A stretch of 41,834 nucleotides of DNA. It comes from Pseudomonadota bacterium (GTDB lineage: Bacteria > Bdellovibrionota_C > UBA2361 > OMII01). The stretch covers positions 1 to 41,834 of the forward strand of contig JAYPVM010000015.1 in the NCBI GenBank assembly GCA_038134595.1, read 5' to 3'. This document shows positions 18,452 through 28,406 of the stretch, in pieces. The stretch's first letter is position 1. Each line of letters starts with the position of its first letter. The notes below the pieces were generated by a model that was given only the letters and a program-made list of their open reading frames with translations, was not told the DNA's origin and did no database searches. A program made the translations under genes and the position numbers.

Positions 18452-21400
18452 ATGGCAAAAACAGCCACTCCAACGAAAGGTAATCAGACTGAAGGTGCCA
18501 AGGCACCTAGCGAAGCTACGCTTGAAAACCGATCTACTTTAAGTGCAGATATCTCTACATCGAACGCTCCGGTAGCGGAGCTAGACACCCCGACTGGACG
18601 TGGTCCGTTGTTGCAAAACGCTATCGCTGATGCCATGGCGCAAGGTTTGAAGCAGGAGCGAAATACCGATCAACGCCAAGAACAACAACTCTACGCAAGT
18701 GTCTGGGGAAACTTTGGCCCGGTACTTCTTAAAGTCATTCCTACTCCAGCGGTAGACTATCGGCGCCAAGCAGAACAACTTCAGAATCAGATAGATCTAC
18801 TTATTGAAGCTAAGAAGAAAGAGAAGAAGCGCTTTGATGCGAGGGACCCTCGGGTATTTAACCAATTACAGGCTCTGTTAGGGGAGCAAGCGGCACAAGA
18901 TCTTGTAAAAGCTATCGATGGAGCTGTAGCAAAACACGGCGCTGCTCTACAAAATAACCCCAAAGCGGTTGCTGAACTTCTAACTGAGATTTCGCAGGCG
19001 CTTTCGTCTGGGGGAATGTTGGCGAAGCTTGGGGTTTCGCCTCAGGCGGTGGAGGCGGCCGTTCAATCTTCGACTTTAGTTCCGGCCGTTAATCCGATTG
19101 CTGATCTGTCAAAATTTGATTCAGATATTCCTGTGAAAGAGGCCTCTGCGGCGGCATCATTTATCGAGGGACAATATCTCGCAGATACACTCCGTAAAAA
19201 TACAGCTGATCAGTTTACAAGTGTGCAGGGTATCGAATATCTAACTCAAGCGATTCTTGAGCAGAAATCCGAAGCGGGAAGGTTGAATACCCTAAAGAAC
19301 ATAAAAAATGCCCTCGGAGAGGAGCGATTTGAACAATTTCTAGATATGTACTCACAGCTAAAGGGCGAAGCATTGATGACGACGCTTCTCTCTCGTGAGG
19401 GGCAAACTGAAGCCCAAAAGAAGCAGATTATTTCTGCCTACCTGACCTCAGAGCGTGCTCTGATGCCTAGCAGTGAATTAGCTCGAGTCAAGCATGGGTT
19501 GTTGTCAAAGTATGGCTTCGCTCGTTCTGCAGTCCAACGCGAACAGCAGGCAGTAAAAGATATGATCTCACAGGCGGAAGCTGAAAAAGCAAAAGCTCTT
19601 GGGCATCTTGAAGATGTGCTCGAGTTGGAAGGGCTCAAAAAACTGCCAGAAGCCCAGGCGATAGAAAAGATACGAACGGCTCTAAAGGCGCGCTATCCAA
19701 AATTAAAAACTTCAGCCGATCTCTCTGACATAGTCACTCAACTGAGAGATGTGGTGAGTTCCCAAGGCCCCATTACACAACACGAGCTTAAAGCTATTGG
19801 ATGGAAGGGAGACTCTCTTTCAAACGACGAAAGCGAGGAAATAAAGCAAGACCTACTTCGCATCTGCGATAATTTATTAACAATCGAGCGCAAGAATGAG
19901 GAACTAAAGGCGTATCAACTAGTCGCGCGTGAGGGGCATGCTGGTGAGGCAGAGTTTGTAGACGCTGACTTTGAGATTTACAAAACGACCCTTGGGCTCT
20001 CTGACCAGGAGATGAGTCTCTATGTAGAAAGAGCAGAACTTTACAGAGCTGGATTGGACCAACGAATTAAGACTGCAAGTGCCAAAGATCGAGAGGCTCT
20101 GTGTCAGGAGCGAGACCAACTAGATTGGAGATCAATGTCAGCTCGGATAGAGCATCACTTACGGCAGGACCCGCCAAATCTCGAGCGGGCTCACGCGTTA
20201 CTTGCTGTCTATCAGATCAGTGCAGGTACATCGGGAGCGGAGCGCACAGCCGAATACCGCATAGCGGCGGAAAGTGTTGGCAAGACCATCAACGCTATTG
20301 AGGAATATAATAAGAAGCTAAAGGTTTGTATCGATACTGAGGATGCGGAGGTGCAAAAGTACTTAGACCATCTCAAAGATCGATTTAATGACGATAAGAG
20401 TCTCCTGTATAAGCGGCAGAAGGCATTGGATGCTCTCTATTGGTATAACGATAAAACAGAAGCGACACGTTTAGTCAAATGGGCTCAAAGACAGCTCGGT
20501 CTTTCCACCGAGCGATACAACGCGAGTCAGCAAAGCGGAGTGCCCTACAATAACCGTTTAGGCGACCATGGTAGAGCCATAGATCAAACAAGGAGCGCGG
20601 CTCTTCAAGGTATTTTGAGTCCGATGCAAGCGCTACCAACTGCGTTTCGTCGAGACACTATTGAGGGAATTTTCGATCGCCCAGAGGTTCTTCGAGAGTC
20701 TCCTGCAGATGGCGGGCCAGATTGGAGCATCAACGACAACGAAGCTCTAAAAGACTTAATCACGTCAGCACAAGCGCTTGAAGATCTCTTTAGTAGTACT
20801 TCCAAAGTAACAAGCGACCTCGAGAGCCGCCGACCAATAGAATTGCCTGCTGTAAACCTCGAAACTCCAGAGAGTAGAGAGGCGCTACATAAGCTATATC
20901 AAATTGATACCGTTGACCCTACAATGGAGCCTTCAGATGCTGCACTAGAAGCGCTAAGAGAATGTGTTGCTGGAAGCGATAACGAGGCCTTCGCAGTGCT
21001 TAATGAGAGAGGAACTAACCGTGATAGGCTTAATCAGCTCTATCCTCGCCTCTCTCCAGAGGACTCATTGCGGGTAAAAGCCTTCCTGCTCTCGTATGAC
21101 GATCCAAGTATGTTCTCGCACTTTGGCGATGTGCCAGAGATGCAGACTCCTAAAGATGTGTGGAATTTTCTTCAAACCGTATCCGAGAATGAGACTGCTC
21201 AAGAGTTATCTGGTTTCATGGATCTGCTTCCAAACTTGCATCGACTTCGTAAGACGACTGCCTTACTTGATTCCTTAGGGGCTGAAGACAGAGCTGCTCT
21301 CGATGTTTCATACAGCCAGCTTACATCAAGAGGAGTTGGAGAGTATCTCATTGACAATGCGCCCTTAGGCGAGGCGAGGATTGCATATTTGCGTGAATTG

Positions 21401-24400
21401 GTGAGTACCGAGAGCCTCACGGGGGAGCAATTAAGCTCGCTTTTTCCTGAGGGTCGAGTGCCAGAGGGAATCAAAGAGAGGACACAACTATTTGGTCAGC
21501 TTTGTCTAAAAGATCGTGAGAGTGCTACCGGTGATTTTGAAAGATTTGAAGCGTATCTAAAAGCGCATGTCCAAGAGGAAGGCGAGCTACGCGGAGCCTT
21601 GCCAACTCTTATTCAGATGCAACGCACGGAAGCGGCTCTTGAGGTGACGAGACGCTTAGAAGAGCTAGAGGCGGACTATCAAAGAGAGTTTAAGAGTTGT
21701 TTTGAGGGGATCTCAGAGGAGGAACTTAATCGAAGGGGCATCCGTTCGGCGTACGCCGCAACTCGCACGGGGCTTGTTGGATTCGCACAACAGCATGCGA
21801 TGAATCCAAACGGAGAAATGTCTCAAAAAGCATTTCAATTCCTCAAAATGATGGAGCGCGAGGACACGCCATTTGAGGTCGTGGAGGATTCGATCCGGAC
21901 ACTAGGGTTCTCTGAAAGCCAGATGCGTGTATTTGAGGCGCACTATAGCAGGCACGTAGCTACCCGTCAGAACGGGCGGCTCACTGGAAACTTTGCAGTC
22001 GATATTGCGGCGAGAAATGATACCTCGCAGGATGTATCGAATTTAATTCAGGGCGGAGAGGCGCTTACAGCGTATGATTTAGAGCAACTGTCGGAGGGTA
22101 TGCGAACCCAAAACGCAACTCTTACACTCCGAGCGATGGTGGCTATCAAGGCTAGAGAGGGTGCTGCGGGGCTTCGAGATCGTATTGCTGAACTGGATTT
22201 GCCGGAGAAGTGGAAGCAGGTAAAAGAATCCAAGGAAGCTAAGCTCGTTGCTGAATACATTGATGCCGCCGTTCATAACGATACGGTCAGAATGGGTGTT
22301 GTCGAGTTGGCTAATATGGCCAGAAACGGCGTGCACTGGGCGGGCGAGGGTACTGAACGGGCGTTACACACGATCGGTTCATGGTCAAGCGACCGGAGAG
22401 ATGATGCCGCAGTCTTGTATCGGCAACTCACAGGAGAAGATTTCGGAGTTTCGCTAGAAAAATTTGGAACCTTTAGGAGAGAAATCTGGAATGACATTGT
22501 AAGTTCCGAACCCGCAAAGCGAACCGGGGCGGCGCTAGCGATAGCTGGCGAAGCTATTAAAGACGGAGTGTTAAATCTTGATTTACTAAACTTCTCGCTC
22601 AGTATCGATGGCGTAGACCTTCAACAGATTAAGAGCTTTCTTGATGAGAAAGCTGGGAAGATGAAGGATGCTTTGATGTACACCGGTGGCAAGCCGCCGA
22701 CTATTGTAGAGTACATCCGACTCCGTGGTGGCGAGATGGCTCACGCTGAAGCAAGCCTTTTAGAAAAACTCTTTGAGCCTACTGCGGACATTGAAAAGAG
22801 CAGAGCACTACTCGAAAGGTTTGTGATGACTCGAGATAGGCTCTTATTTCAGATGGAGCAGGCCGATAGGCTTCATGCACAGAGAAGTAAAGTTTTGGCG
22901 GGGTCGCAGGAGTTTTTTGTAAATATCGTAAATATCTCTAATCGTTCCGCGAGCGATGCTGCAAGCCGATACACTGGAAGGACCCTGGCGAAAAATGTTC
23001 GAGATATCGATAAGGTTATGTATCATGACCAACAGAACCTTCTGCAGGGACACCATCGAGCGATGGGAGATATCGAATCTACACGCGAGATAATGAGGGT
23101 TCGCTCAGTAGCGCTTTTGACAGACCTAGTTGAGAATCGTGATAGAGGTTTGTCGGCAGATTCTAATGACCGAGATTTTAGAGACCTTCGCATAAGAGAC
23201 AGCAAGCATGAGTGGGTCGTCGCAAGGCGAGAGGTTGTTGAAAAATGGCAAAGGGACTCCGAGCTGGCAAGAAAGAAGTTAGCAGACCATGATTGGTGGG
23301 TTGATACTTCAGTCACTGTTCTGAAAACCGTTGCGGTTATTGGTGTTGCATTTATTCCAGGAATTGGCTTTTGGGGCGCGCTTGCCTTGGCCACAGCGCT
23401 TAATTTGGCAGAGAAGGCCTACTTCGTATACGGCAAGGGAATGGACTTTGAGACGGCAGCGATGAAGTTTGGATTTGAACTGATGGTAGATGCTGCATTA
23501 CTCGGGTTTGGTAGGGTTTTGAAATTGTCACGGGCCGTTGGACAAGGAGCTGCGAAGACTGGAGAAGCGACTAAAGTCCTCGGACGGTCGCCTTGGCGGC
23601 TTGTTTTTAAAGAGCCTCAACAGATCATGCCCTGGGTGGATGACATTGGAAAGGTGGCTGACGATGTTGCAGGACTGGCCTCTAAAAGCCAGAGGATAGC
23701 AGGTCAAAGAGCTCTAGAGCACATGATTAGAGAAGGTGCGCAAGAAGCTGGGATAAAAGGGGTCCAGCAATTAACAGCGGCAGAGGCAAGAGCTAGTCTA
23801 GCTATTGGCAATCAGACCCTAAAGAATGTTTGGCTGGGTGGCGAGTCACTTGTTACAAGCTTATTAACTCCCCCTCTGACGCCACCGCTTCAGAATGCAG
23901 CGCAAAACTTCCCTGAGCCCGAGCCGGAGACTCTCCCCACGAATTCGGGTAGACCGGTTTCACCAACAGACTCGCTAATTTTGGATGCTGACAATCCGCT
24001 AAGTAAGCCTACTAAGGAGCCATCAATCACACAACCGACTCTCACTCCGCAACAGATTGATGAGATCAATGGATTGATAACTCAAGGTACGGACTTGCTG
24101 GCTAATTTCGATGGATTGCTCTCGGGTGCATGGGAACGATTATTTGGCTCTACGGGAGACCCAGGTTTTATACCTCCACCCCCTCCAACACCTCCTGCAG
24201 GAGGGGCTCCAGGTGGTGCGACGCCCCCTGGTACAGGAACCGGTGGTAATGGTGGGACAGGCGATGGTACTCCGCCGCCTATTGGCCCTGCTTTGGAGGT
24301 CCCGGGTAATGCGACCGCAGGAAATTCATACACCAACGCACCTGGTCAACAAACTGCAGCCTCATCAGGGGGAGATTCAGGTGGCGCTATTTCGGGTTCA

Positions 24401-26413
24401 TCCGAGCCGACTTCCCTTGAAAACAATATCCCTGCAGAGGCTCTACAGGCCTTCGATCAATTGCAACAAATATTCAACTCTGTCTCCGATACAGTCCAAA
24501 ACTTTCCTGAGAATTTTAGTCCTGTGTATGATGAAATTCAGACTACGCTTAGTGAAGGAGTTGCAGCGCTACAGGATTTTTATAATGGGGCTTTAGCCCT
24601 GCAGGAGCAAGGTAAGCAGTCCGATCCCTTAGCACAAACGGCTGCAGATCTAGCGGCAACGCAGATAGCGAATGCTAATCCGGAAACCAATTCCAACGCC
24701 GATAGTAATGCATCTGCCGATTCGACTGCAAACGCGGATACGAACCAGGTGCCTCAAGCAAATGAGCAAGCTGATGCCGAGGCACAGGCCTTTGTTCTGG
24801 TACAACGAACAGCTGAAAGGCTAAGTACAGTAAACGCATCAGCAAATGAACTGCTCAATAAAGTTTCGCAGAACGAAAATCATCAGGTGGCACAAGACCA
24901 AGCCAATGCCCAAGTAGAGCAAGTGGCACAGCAGGATGGTACATTCATGCATGTGCGAAGAGCTGAGGCGGCTGCTGCGGCAATGCGTGCGCGTGTTGTC
25001 TCTAAGCAGGAGGAGATGATTGAGCGCGATGTCGCTTTACGTGATAAAAATGCCGTGAAAGCAAAGGGCGAAGCTGATAAGGAGATGCAAGCGGACGCTA
25101 ATGTTAGCTCTGAAAAAACTGCCACGGCAGACCAAGAGCTAGTCACTAAAGATATAAGAGGAGCTAAAGAGACTACGACGTCGAGTGCAATGCGAAATTC
25201 AGCTGACGCAGAACGAGAGGAATATATAGATTCTCATGTGGCTAAACAGGCCCAAGTGCATGAAGCTGAACAAGTAGCTCAAATGAAGACTCAGAGTGAG
25301 CAAGTAATACGCGAGCGACAGAGTCAAGATGCTGAAGTTCTGATGCAAAGCAAAGAGCAAGCATCGAGACGACACGCTCAAAACGAGGAAAAGCTGCTGG
25401 CACAGGTAGAGGAAGCTAGATCACAACAGGTAGCCCAGAGAGAGAAGCAATTAACAGAAGCTCTTGCCAATTCTACTGGAGTAGGTTCGGCGCCACGTGG
25501 AGGATTGGGGGGAGATGGCGGTTCATTCGAGGCTAACCCTGGTAGCGACGGAGGTGATGGAGGCGATGGAAGCGAAGGTGTCAAGGTTAATGCCAAAAAC
25601 AAAGCACAGCATAGCGTACTAAATAAAGAGACTAAGCATGCCACCGGTGATACTGCCTCCGAGGCAAAACAAGAGGCGATATCTACAATAATGGCAAAAG
25701 CTGGAGTTGCGCGGAGCGAATCGGCTGAGTCTCAGACTATCGAAGGAGTTGTTGGTGAAGCAGGGATTTCCACTTCAGAAACTTCAATCTCGAAAAATAT
25801 GGAGAAACTTATCGCCACCCTTTCAGATCAGGTGGGCGATCAAGTAAAAGAGGCCGCAAGCTTTCTAGCTGGACTCGATGAGGCGCCCAAGATGATGACG
25901 GCAGATAGATCTAGTCAAACGCTTCTGGATGGTTCAACGATAGATGTTGCAAGTGCGATTTCTGAAGTTGGCGATGCGATGGATCTTCCACGGATGAAGT
26001 CAGCCGATGCAAAGCGTAGGGCTATCAAGAAAACCAAGCGACGGCGTGAGATAGAGGTGCTGATTCAAGTGCTTCTGACTCGGCAGATGGAGAGTTCTAA
26101 GAGAGAGAAGTTGCTCCGCATGTTGTTAGCTTTAGGTATATCTGAAATTGAGTATCGAGCCTTGGTATCGAAACTTGGAGAGCTGGAGGTTGCCGCGCAG
26201 GCGATGGCGGCAGAGGCCGAGAAAGCTTCTCAGAAGGAGCGACAGGCGATGATGGTAGAGCCTCTACTCAGAGAGCCGGAGGCTCCCAAGATTAAGTCTG
26301 ATGCGAGCGACTCTGCGGAGCCACCTAAGATGAAGAGCGTTTCTTCCACCACAAGAGGAGCTATGTATGAGCGCCTTCTAAAGCAAAAGGAGAAGAGCTC
26401 CAGTGAGGGGTGA
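18452..26413 (+). CDS. Giant 2653-aa hypothetical protein (helical body, hydrophobic hairpin, Pro/Gly linker, coiled-coil C-terminal part)
   Basis: Uninterrupted 7962-bp ORF with a GGGAG RBS; no signal peptide; no catalytic motif recognised. Confidence 0.9.
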   Translation: MAKTATPTKGNQTEGAKAPSEATLENRSTLSADISTSNAPVAELDTPTGRGPLLQNAIADAMAQGLKQERNTDQRQEQQLYASVWGNFGPVLLKVIPTPAVDYRRQAEQLQNQIDLLIEAKKKEKKRFDARDPRVFNQLQALLGEQAAQDLVKAIDGAVAKHGAALQNNPKAVAELLTEISQALSSGGMLAKLGVSPQAVEAAVQSSTLVPAVNPIADLSKFDSDIPVKEASAAASFIEGQYLADTLRKNTADQFTSVQGIEYLTQAILEQKSEAGRLNTLKNIKNALGEERFEQFLDMYSQLKGEALMTTLLSREGQTEAQKKQIISAYLTSERALMPSSELARVKHGLLSKYGFARSAVQREQQAVKDMISQAEAEKAKALGHLEDVLELEGLKKLPEAQAIEKIRTALKARYPKLKTSADLSDIVTQLRDVVSSQGPITQHELKAIGWKGDSLSNDESEEIKQDLLRICDNLLTIERKNEELKAYQLVAREGHAGEAEFVDADFEIYKTTLGLSDQEMSLYVERAELYRAGLDQRIKTASAKDREALCQERDQLDWRSMSARIEHHLRQDPPNLERAHALLAVYQISAGTSGAERTAEYRIAAESVGKTINAIEEYNKKLKVCIDTEDAEVQKYLDHLKDRFNDDKSLLYKRQKALDALYWYNDKTEATRLVKWAQRQLGLSTERYNASQQSGVPYNNRLGDHGRAIDQTRSAALQGILSPMQALPTAFRRDTIEGIFDRPEVLRESPADGGPDWSINDNEALKDLITSAQALEDLFSSTSKVTSDLESRRPIELPAVNLETPESREALHKLYQIDTVDPTMEPSDAALEALRECVAGSDNEAFAVLNERGTNRDRLNQLYPRLSPEDSLRVKAFLLSYDDPSMFSHFGDVPEMQTPKDVWNFLQTVSENETAQELSGFMDLLPNLHRLRKTTALLDSLGAEDRAALDVSYSQLTSRGVGEYLIDNAPLGEARIAYLRELVSTESLTGEQLSSLFPEGRVPEGIKERTQLFGQLCLKDRESATGDFERFEAYLKAHVQEEGELRGALPTLIQMQRTEAALEVTRRLEELEADYQREFKSCFEGISEEELNRRGIRSAYAATRTGLVGFAQQHAMNPNGEMSQKAFQFLKMMEREDTPFEVVEDSIRTLGFSESQMRVFEAHYSRHVATRQNGRLTGNFAVDIAARNDTSQDVSNLIQGGEALTAYDLEQLSEGMRTQNATLTLRAMVAIKAREGAAGLRDRIAELDLPEKWKQVKESKEAKLVAEYIDAAVHNDTVRMGVVELANMARNGVHWAGEGTERALHTIGSWSSDRRDDAAVLYRQLTGEDFGVSLEKFGTFRREIWNDIVSSEPAKRTGAALAIAGEAIKDGVLNLDLLNFSLSIDGVDLQQIKSFLDEKAGKMKDALMYTGGKPPTIVEYIRLRGGEMAHAEASLLEKLFEPTADIEKSRALLERFVMTRDRLLFQMEQADRLHAQRSKVLAGSQEFFVNIVNISNRSASDAASRYTGRTLAKNVRDIDKVMYHDQQNLLQGHHRAMGDIESTREIMRVRSVALLTDLVENRDRGLSADSNDRDFRDLRIRDSKHEWVVARREVVEKWQRDSELARKKLADHDWWVDTSVTVLKTVAVIGVAFIPGIGFWGALALATALNLAEKAYFVYGKGMDFETAAMKFGFELMVDAALLGFGRVLKLSRAVGQGAAKTGEATKVLGRSPWRLVFKEPQQIMPWVDDIGKVADDVAGLASKSQRIAGQRALEHMIREGAQEAGIKGVQQLTAAEARASLAIGNQTLKNVWLGGESLVTSLLTPPLTPPLQNAAQNFPEPEPETLPTNSGRPVSPTDSLILDADNPLSKPTKEPSITQPTLTPQQIDEINGLITQGTDLLANFDGLLSGAWERLFGSTGDPGFIPPPPPTPPAGGAPGGATPPGTGTGGNGGTGDGTPPPIGPALEVPGNATAGNSYTNAPGQQTAASSGGDSGGAISGSSEPTSLENNIPAEALQAFDQLQQIFNSVSDTVQNFPENFSPVYDEIQTTLSEGVAALQDFYNGALALQEQGKQSDPLAQTAADLAATQIANANPETNSNADSNASADSTANADTNQVPQANEQADAEAQAFVLVQRTAERLSTVNASANELLNKVSQNENHQVAQDQANAQVEQVAQQDGTFMHVRRAEAAAAAMRARVVSKQEEMIERDVALRDKNAVKAKGEADKEMQADANVSSEKTATADQELVTKDIRGAKETTTSSAMRNSADAEREEYIDSHVAKQAQVHEAEQVAQMKTQSEQVIRERQSQDAEVLMQSKEQASRRHAQNEEKLLAQVEEARSQQVAQREKQLTEALANSTGVGSAPRGGLGGDGGSFEANPGSDGGDGGDGSEGVKVNAKNKAQHSVLNKETKHATGDTASEAKQEAISTIMAKAGVARSESAESQTIEGVVGEAGISTSETSISKNMEKLIATLSDQVGDQVKEAASFLAGLDEAPKMMTADRSSQTLLDGSTIDVASAISEVGDAMDLPRMKSADAKRRAIKKTKRRREIEVLIQVLLTRQMESSKREKLLRMLLALGISEIEYRALVSKLGELEVAAQAMAAEAEKASQKERQAMMVEPLLREPEAPKIKSDASDSAEPPKMKSVSSTTRGAMYERLLKQKEKSSSEG

Positions 26414-26502
26414 CAATCGAGTGTTATCCCCTCGTCTCTAAGCATGCTGGTTAGAGCGTGCTTAAATCTCTTTACTAAATAGGCATGGTAAGATTGAGAG
26501 AG

Positions 26503-28014
26503 CTAGGGGAGCTTTGCTGTATTGAGAGATGCTCGTGTAATGTATTGCGGACGATTTTCTTCGAAAAACTTCTTTAGTACTGAGCGACCTAGATACGATG
26601 CTTTTGAGCTGTATTTGGCGTTTACGGTGATTACTGCGATGGCTACTTTAGGATTGGCAATAGGGGCGGTTGCAACAAACCAGTTGTTTAGCCCTTTGGG
26701 ATTGTTTCCGCGAAGTGTTCCGGTTTTTGCCGCGACATCGATGTTGCCGAGTACCGGCTTTTTGCCGCGCATAAACGCCTTTCGAGAGGTTCCTACGGTA
26801 GTGGTGTAATGCATCATTTCAAGGAGAGACTCTGCCGTTTGCGGCTGAACGATCCTTTGGAGGAATTCTGGTTCTGTTTTGACGATCGTTGCGCCCTCTG
26901 CCGTTGCGATTCGATCGACAAAGTACGGCCGCGGTAGAAGCCCACCATTTGCAATCCCCGATACGAGAGCGGCGGCGTGAATCGGACTAATCGTAACGTC
27001 TCCAAAGCCTGCGGCTGTGCGACTTAGTTGATATTTGCTTGAGTGTGGAATGTTTGCATGGCTTCGCTCAAGGGGAGATTCGAGTCCGATCTCTTGATTG
27101 AACCCAAAGCGATGGGCATAACGAGCTAGTATGGATCCATCGAGATGTTTGAGAGCAATATGACCAAACACCGGATTGCATGAGCGTCCCATTGCCTCTC
27201 CTACGGGCATGAGCCTACGGTCTTTTCGGGGGTTTGGTAGATAGTTCCATTTATTGAGTGTGTAGGTACCGCCTCGAAAAGCGACGCGGGTGTCTTTCGA
27301 GATTCCAGATTCCTCTATGGCTGCTGCTGCGGTGACGATTTTGAAGAGCGAAGCGGCAGGAAACTCTGAGTGATATTCAATGTTCTTAATCGAGTTTGAT
27401 TTGCCTGCAATCGCCAGAATTGCTCCAGTATGGGGATTCATAACAACTATAGCAGCGTGCGGGGCGGCGGCTGTACGGATTGTTCTCTTGACGAATTCTT
27501 GAAGCTGCGGTTCGAGAGAGTAAAAGACAACATTTTGGTTCGGTGTCACTGCGGCAAATTGTTCACCAACGCTCTTTGAAAAGTTCGGCACTGCGTCAGT
27601 GTGAAGATCTCCGTTTAAGTTGCCTCGAACATCTATGGTATCTAGATTCAGGTCGGGGTATGCAATGGCACCAGCTCGCTGTCCTTGGCGATTTTCAAGG
27701 AGGGAATCGGCAGTATGCGCGGCTTGATGAGTGTGCATAAGAGCATGAGGGGCTGGCTTGCCCCGTTTTCTTAGGGATTCTTCTGCGAACGTATTTGAAG
27801 AAACGTAGGGCTGAAGTAGTGCTAGTGCGAGAAGGAGTAGAGTTTGTTTGACTTGGAGGGGGAAGACTTGGAGCGAGTGTTTCTTATTGATTTTAGGTGT
27901 TATCACTGGTTTTGGATGCCGGAGGAGGGTGGAAGGGTTGGGGATTTGCGTGAAAACAGAGGGGATATGCGCATTTTGCTTTCCAACGACATTCTGTTTT
28001 CCAAAGATATTCAT
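26503..28014 (-). CDS. Penicillin-binding protein, transpeptidase domain only
   Basis: SxxK (AASLFK), SxN (RSCN), KTG (AKTGT); signal-like stretch KQTLLLLALALLQPYVSSNTFA. The true start may lie downstream of 28014. Confidence 0.88.
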   Translation of the reverse strand: MNIFGKQNVVGKQNAHIPSVFTQIPNPSTLLRHPKPVITPKINKKHSLQVFPLQVKQTLLLLALALLQPYVSSNTFAEESLRKRGKPAPHALMHTHQAAHTADSLLENRQGQRAGAIAYPDLNLDTIDVRGNLNGDLHTDAVPNFSKSVGEQFAAVTPNQNVVFYSLEPQLQEFVKRTIRTAAAPHAAIVVMNPHTGAILAIAGKSNSIKNIEYHSEFPAASLFKIVTAAAAIEESGISKDTRVAFRGGTYTLNKWNYLPNPRKDRRLMPVGEAMGRSCNPVFGHIALKHLDGSILARYAHRFGFNQEIGLESPLERSHANIPHSSKYQLSRTAAGFGDVTISPIHAAALVSGIANGGLLPRPYFVDRIATAEGATIVKTEPEFLQRIVQPQTAESLLEMMHYTTTVGTSRKAFMRGKKPVLGNIDVAAKTGTLRGNNPKGLNNWFVATAPIANPKVAIAVITVNAKYSSKASYLGRSVLKKFFEENRPQYITRASLNTAKLP

Positions 28015-28141
28015 GGGTATGGTTGCCCTGCCTCTGATTTACTGATCCTCTAAGTGTTAGGCTTCCTATTACACGAATTAACTCGACTTGACTGGGTTGG
28101 TTCAATTTTGGTTTGAACGTTTTGTCATACCACAATCGAGG

Positions 28142-28177
28142 CCAGTGTAGCTTGTCCAGTGTAGCTTACCCAGTGTG
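28142..28177. repeat. 14-bp tandem repeat, ~2.5 copies
   Basis: CCAGTGTAGCTTGT CCAGTGTAGCTTAC CCAGTGTG. Confidence 0.8.
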
Positions 28178-28406
28178 TTCGAGTTTGTATCTGTTTTGTT
28201 TAATAAGTCGGTTGCCGCCCTGTAGTACAATGTGACGGAAAAATAAGAATTGGACAACCCCTACTTTGGGAGGCGGTGTGACAGATTAAGACAAGAACTT
28301 CCCCATGCCATACGGTTGTGCGGAGGATCCTAAGAGCGGAGGCTATGGAAGAGCGAAACGAGCTTTTTAATTGATGGTTTTAGCAAAGTGCGGTACACAG
28401 GAGGGT

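Noticed and set aside
18452..26413. Giant ORF as a phage tape-measure, RHS or RTX protein
   Set aside because: No phage genes nearby, and no YD/RHS core, GGxGxD nonapeptide array or beta-barrel C-terminus.
28142..28177. Possible mini CRISPR array
   Set aside because: The 14-bp units are contiguous with no spacers, and there are no cas genes in the window.
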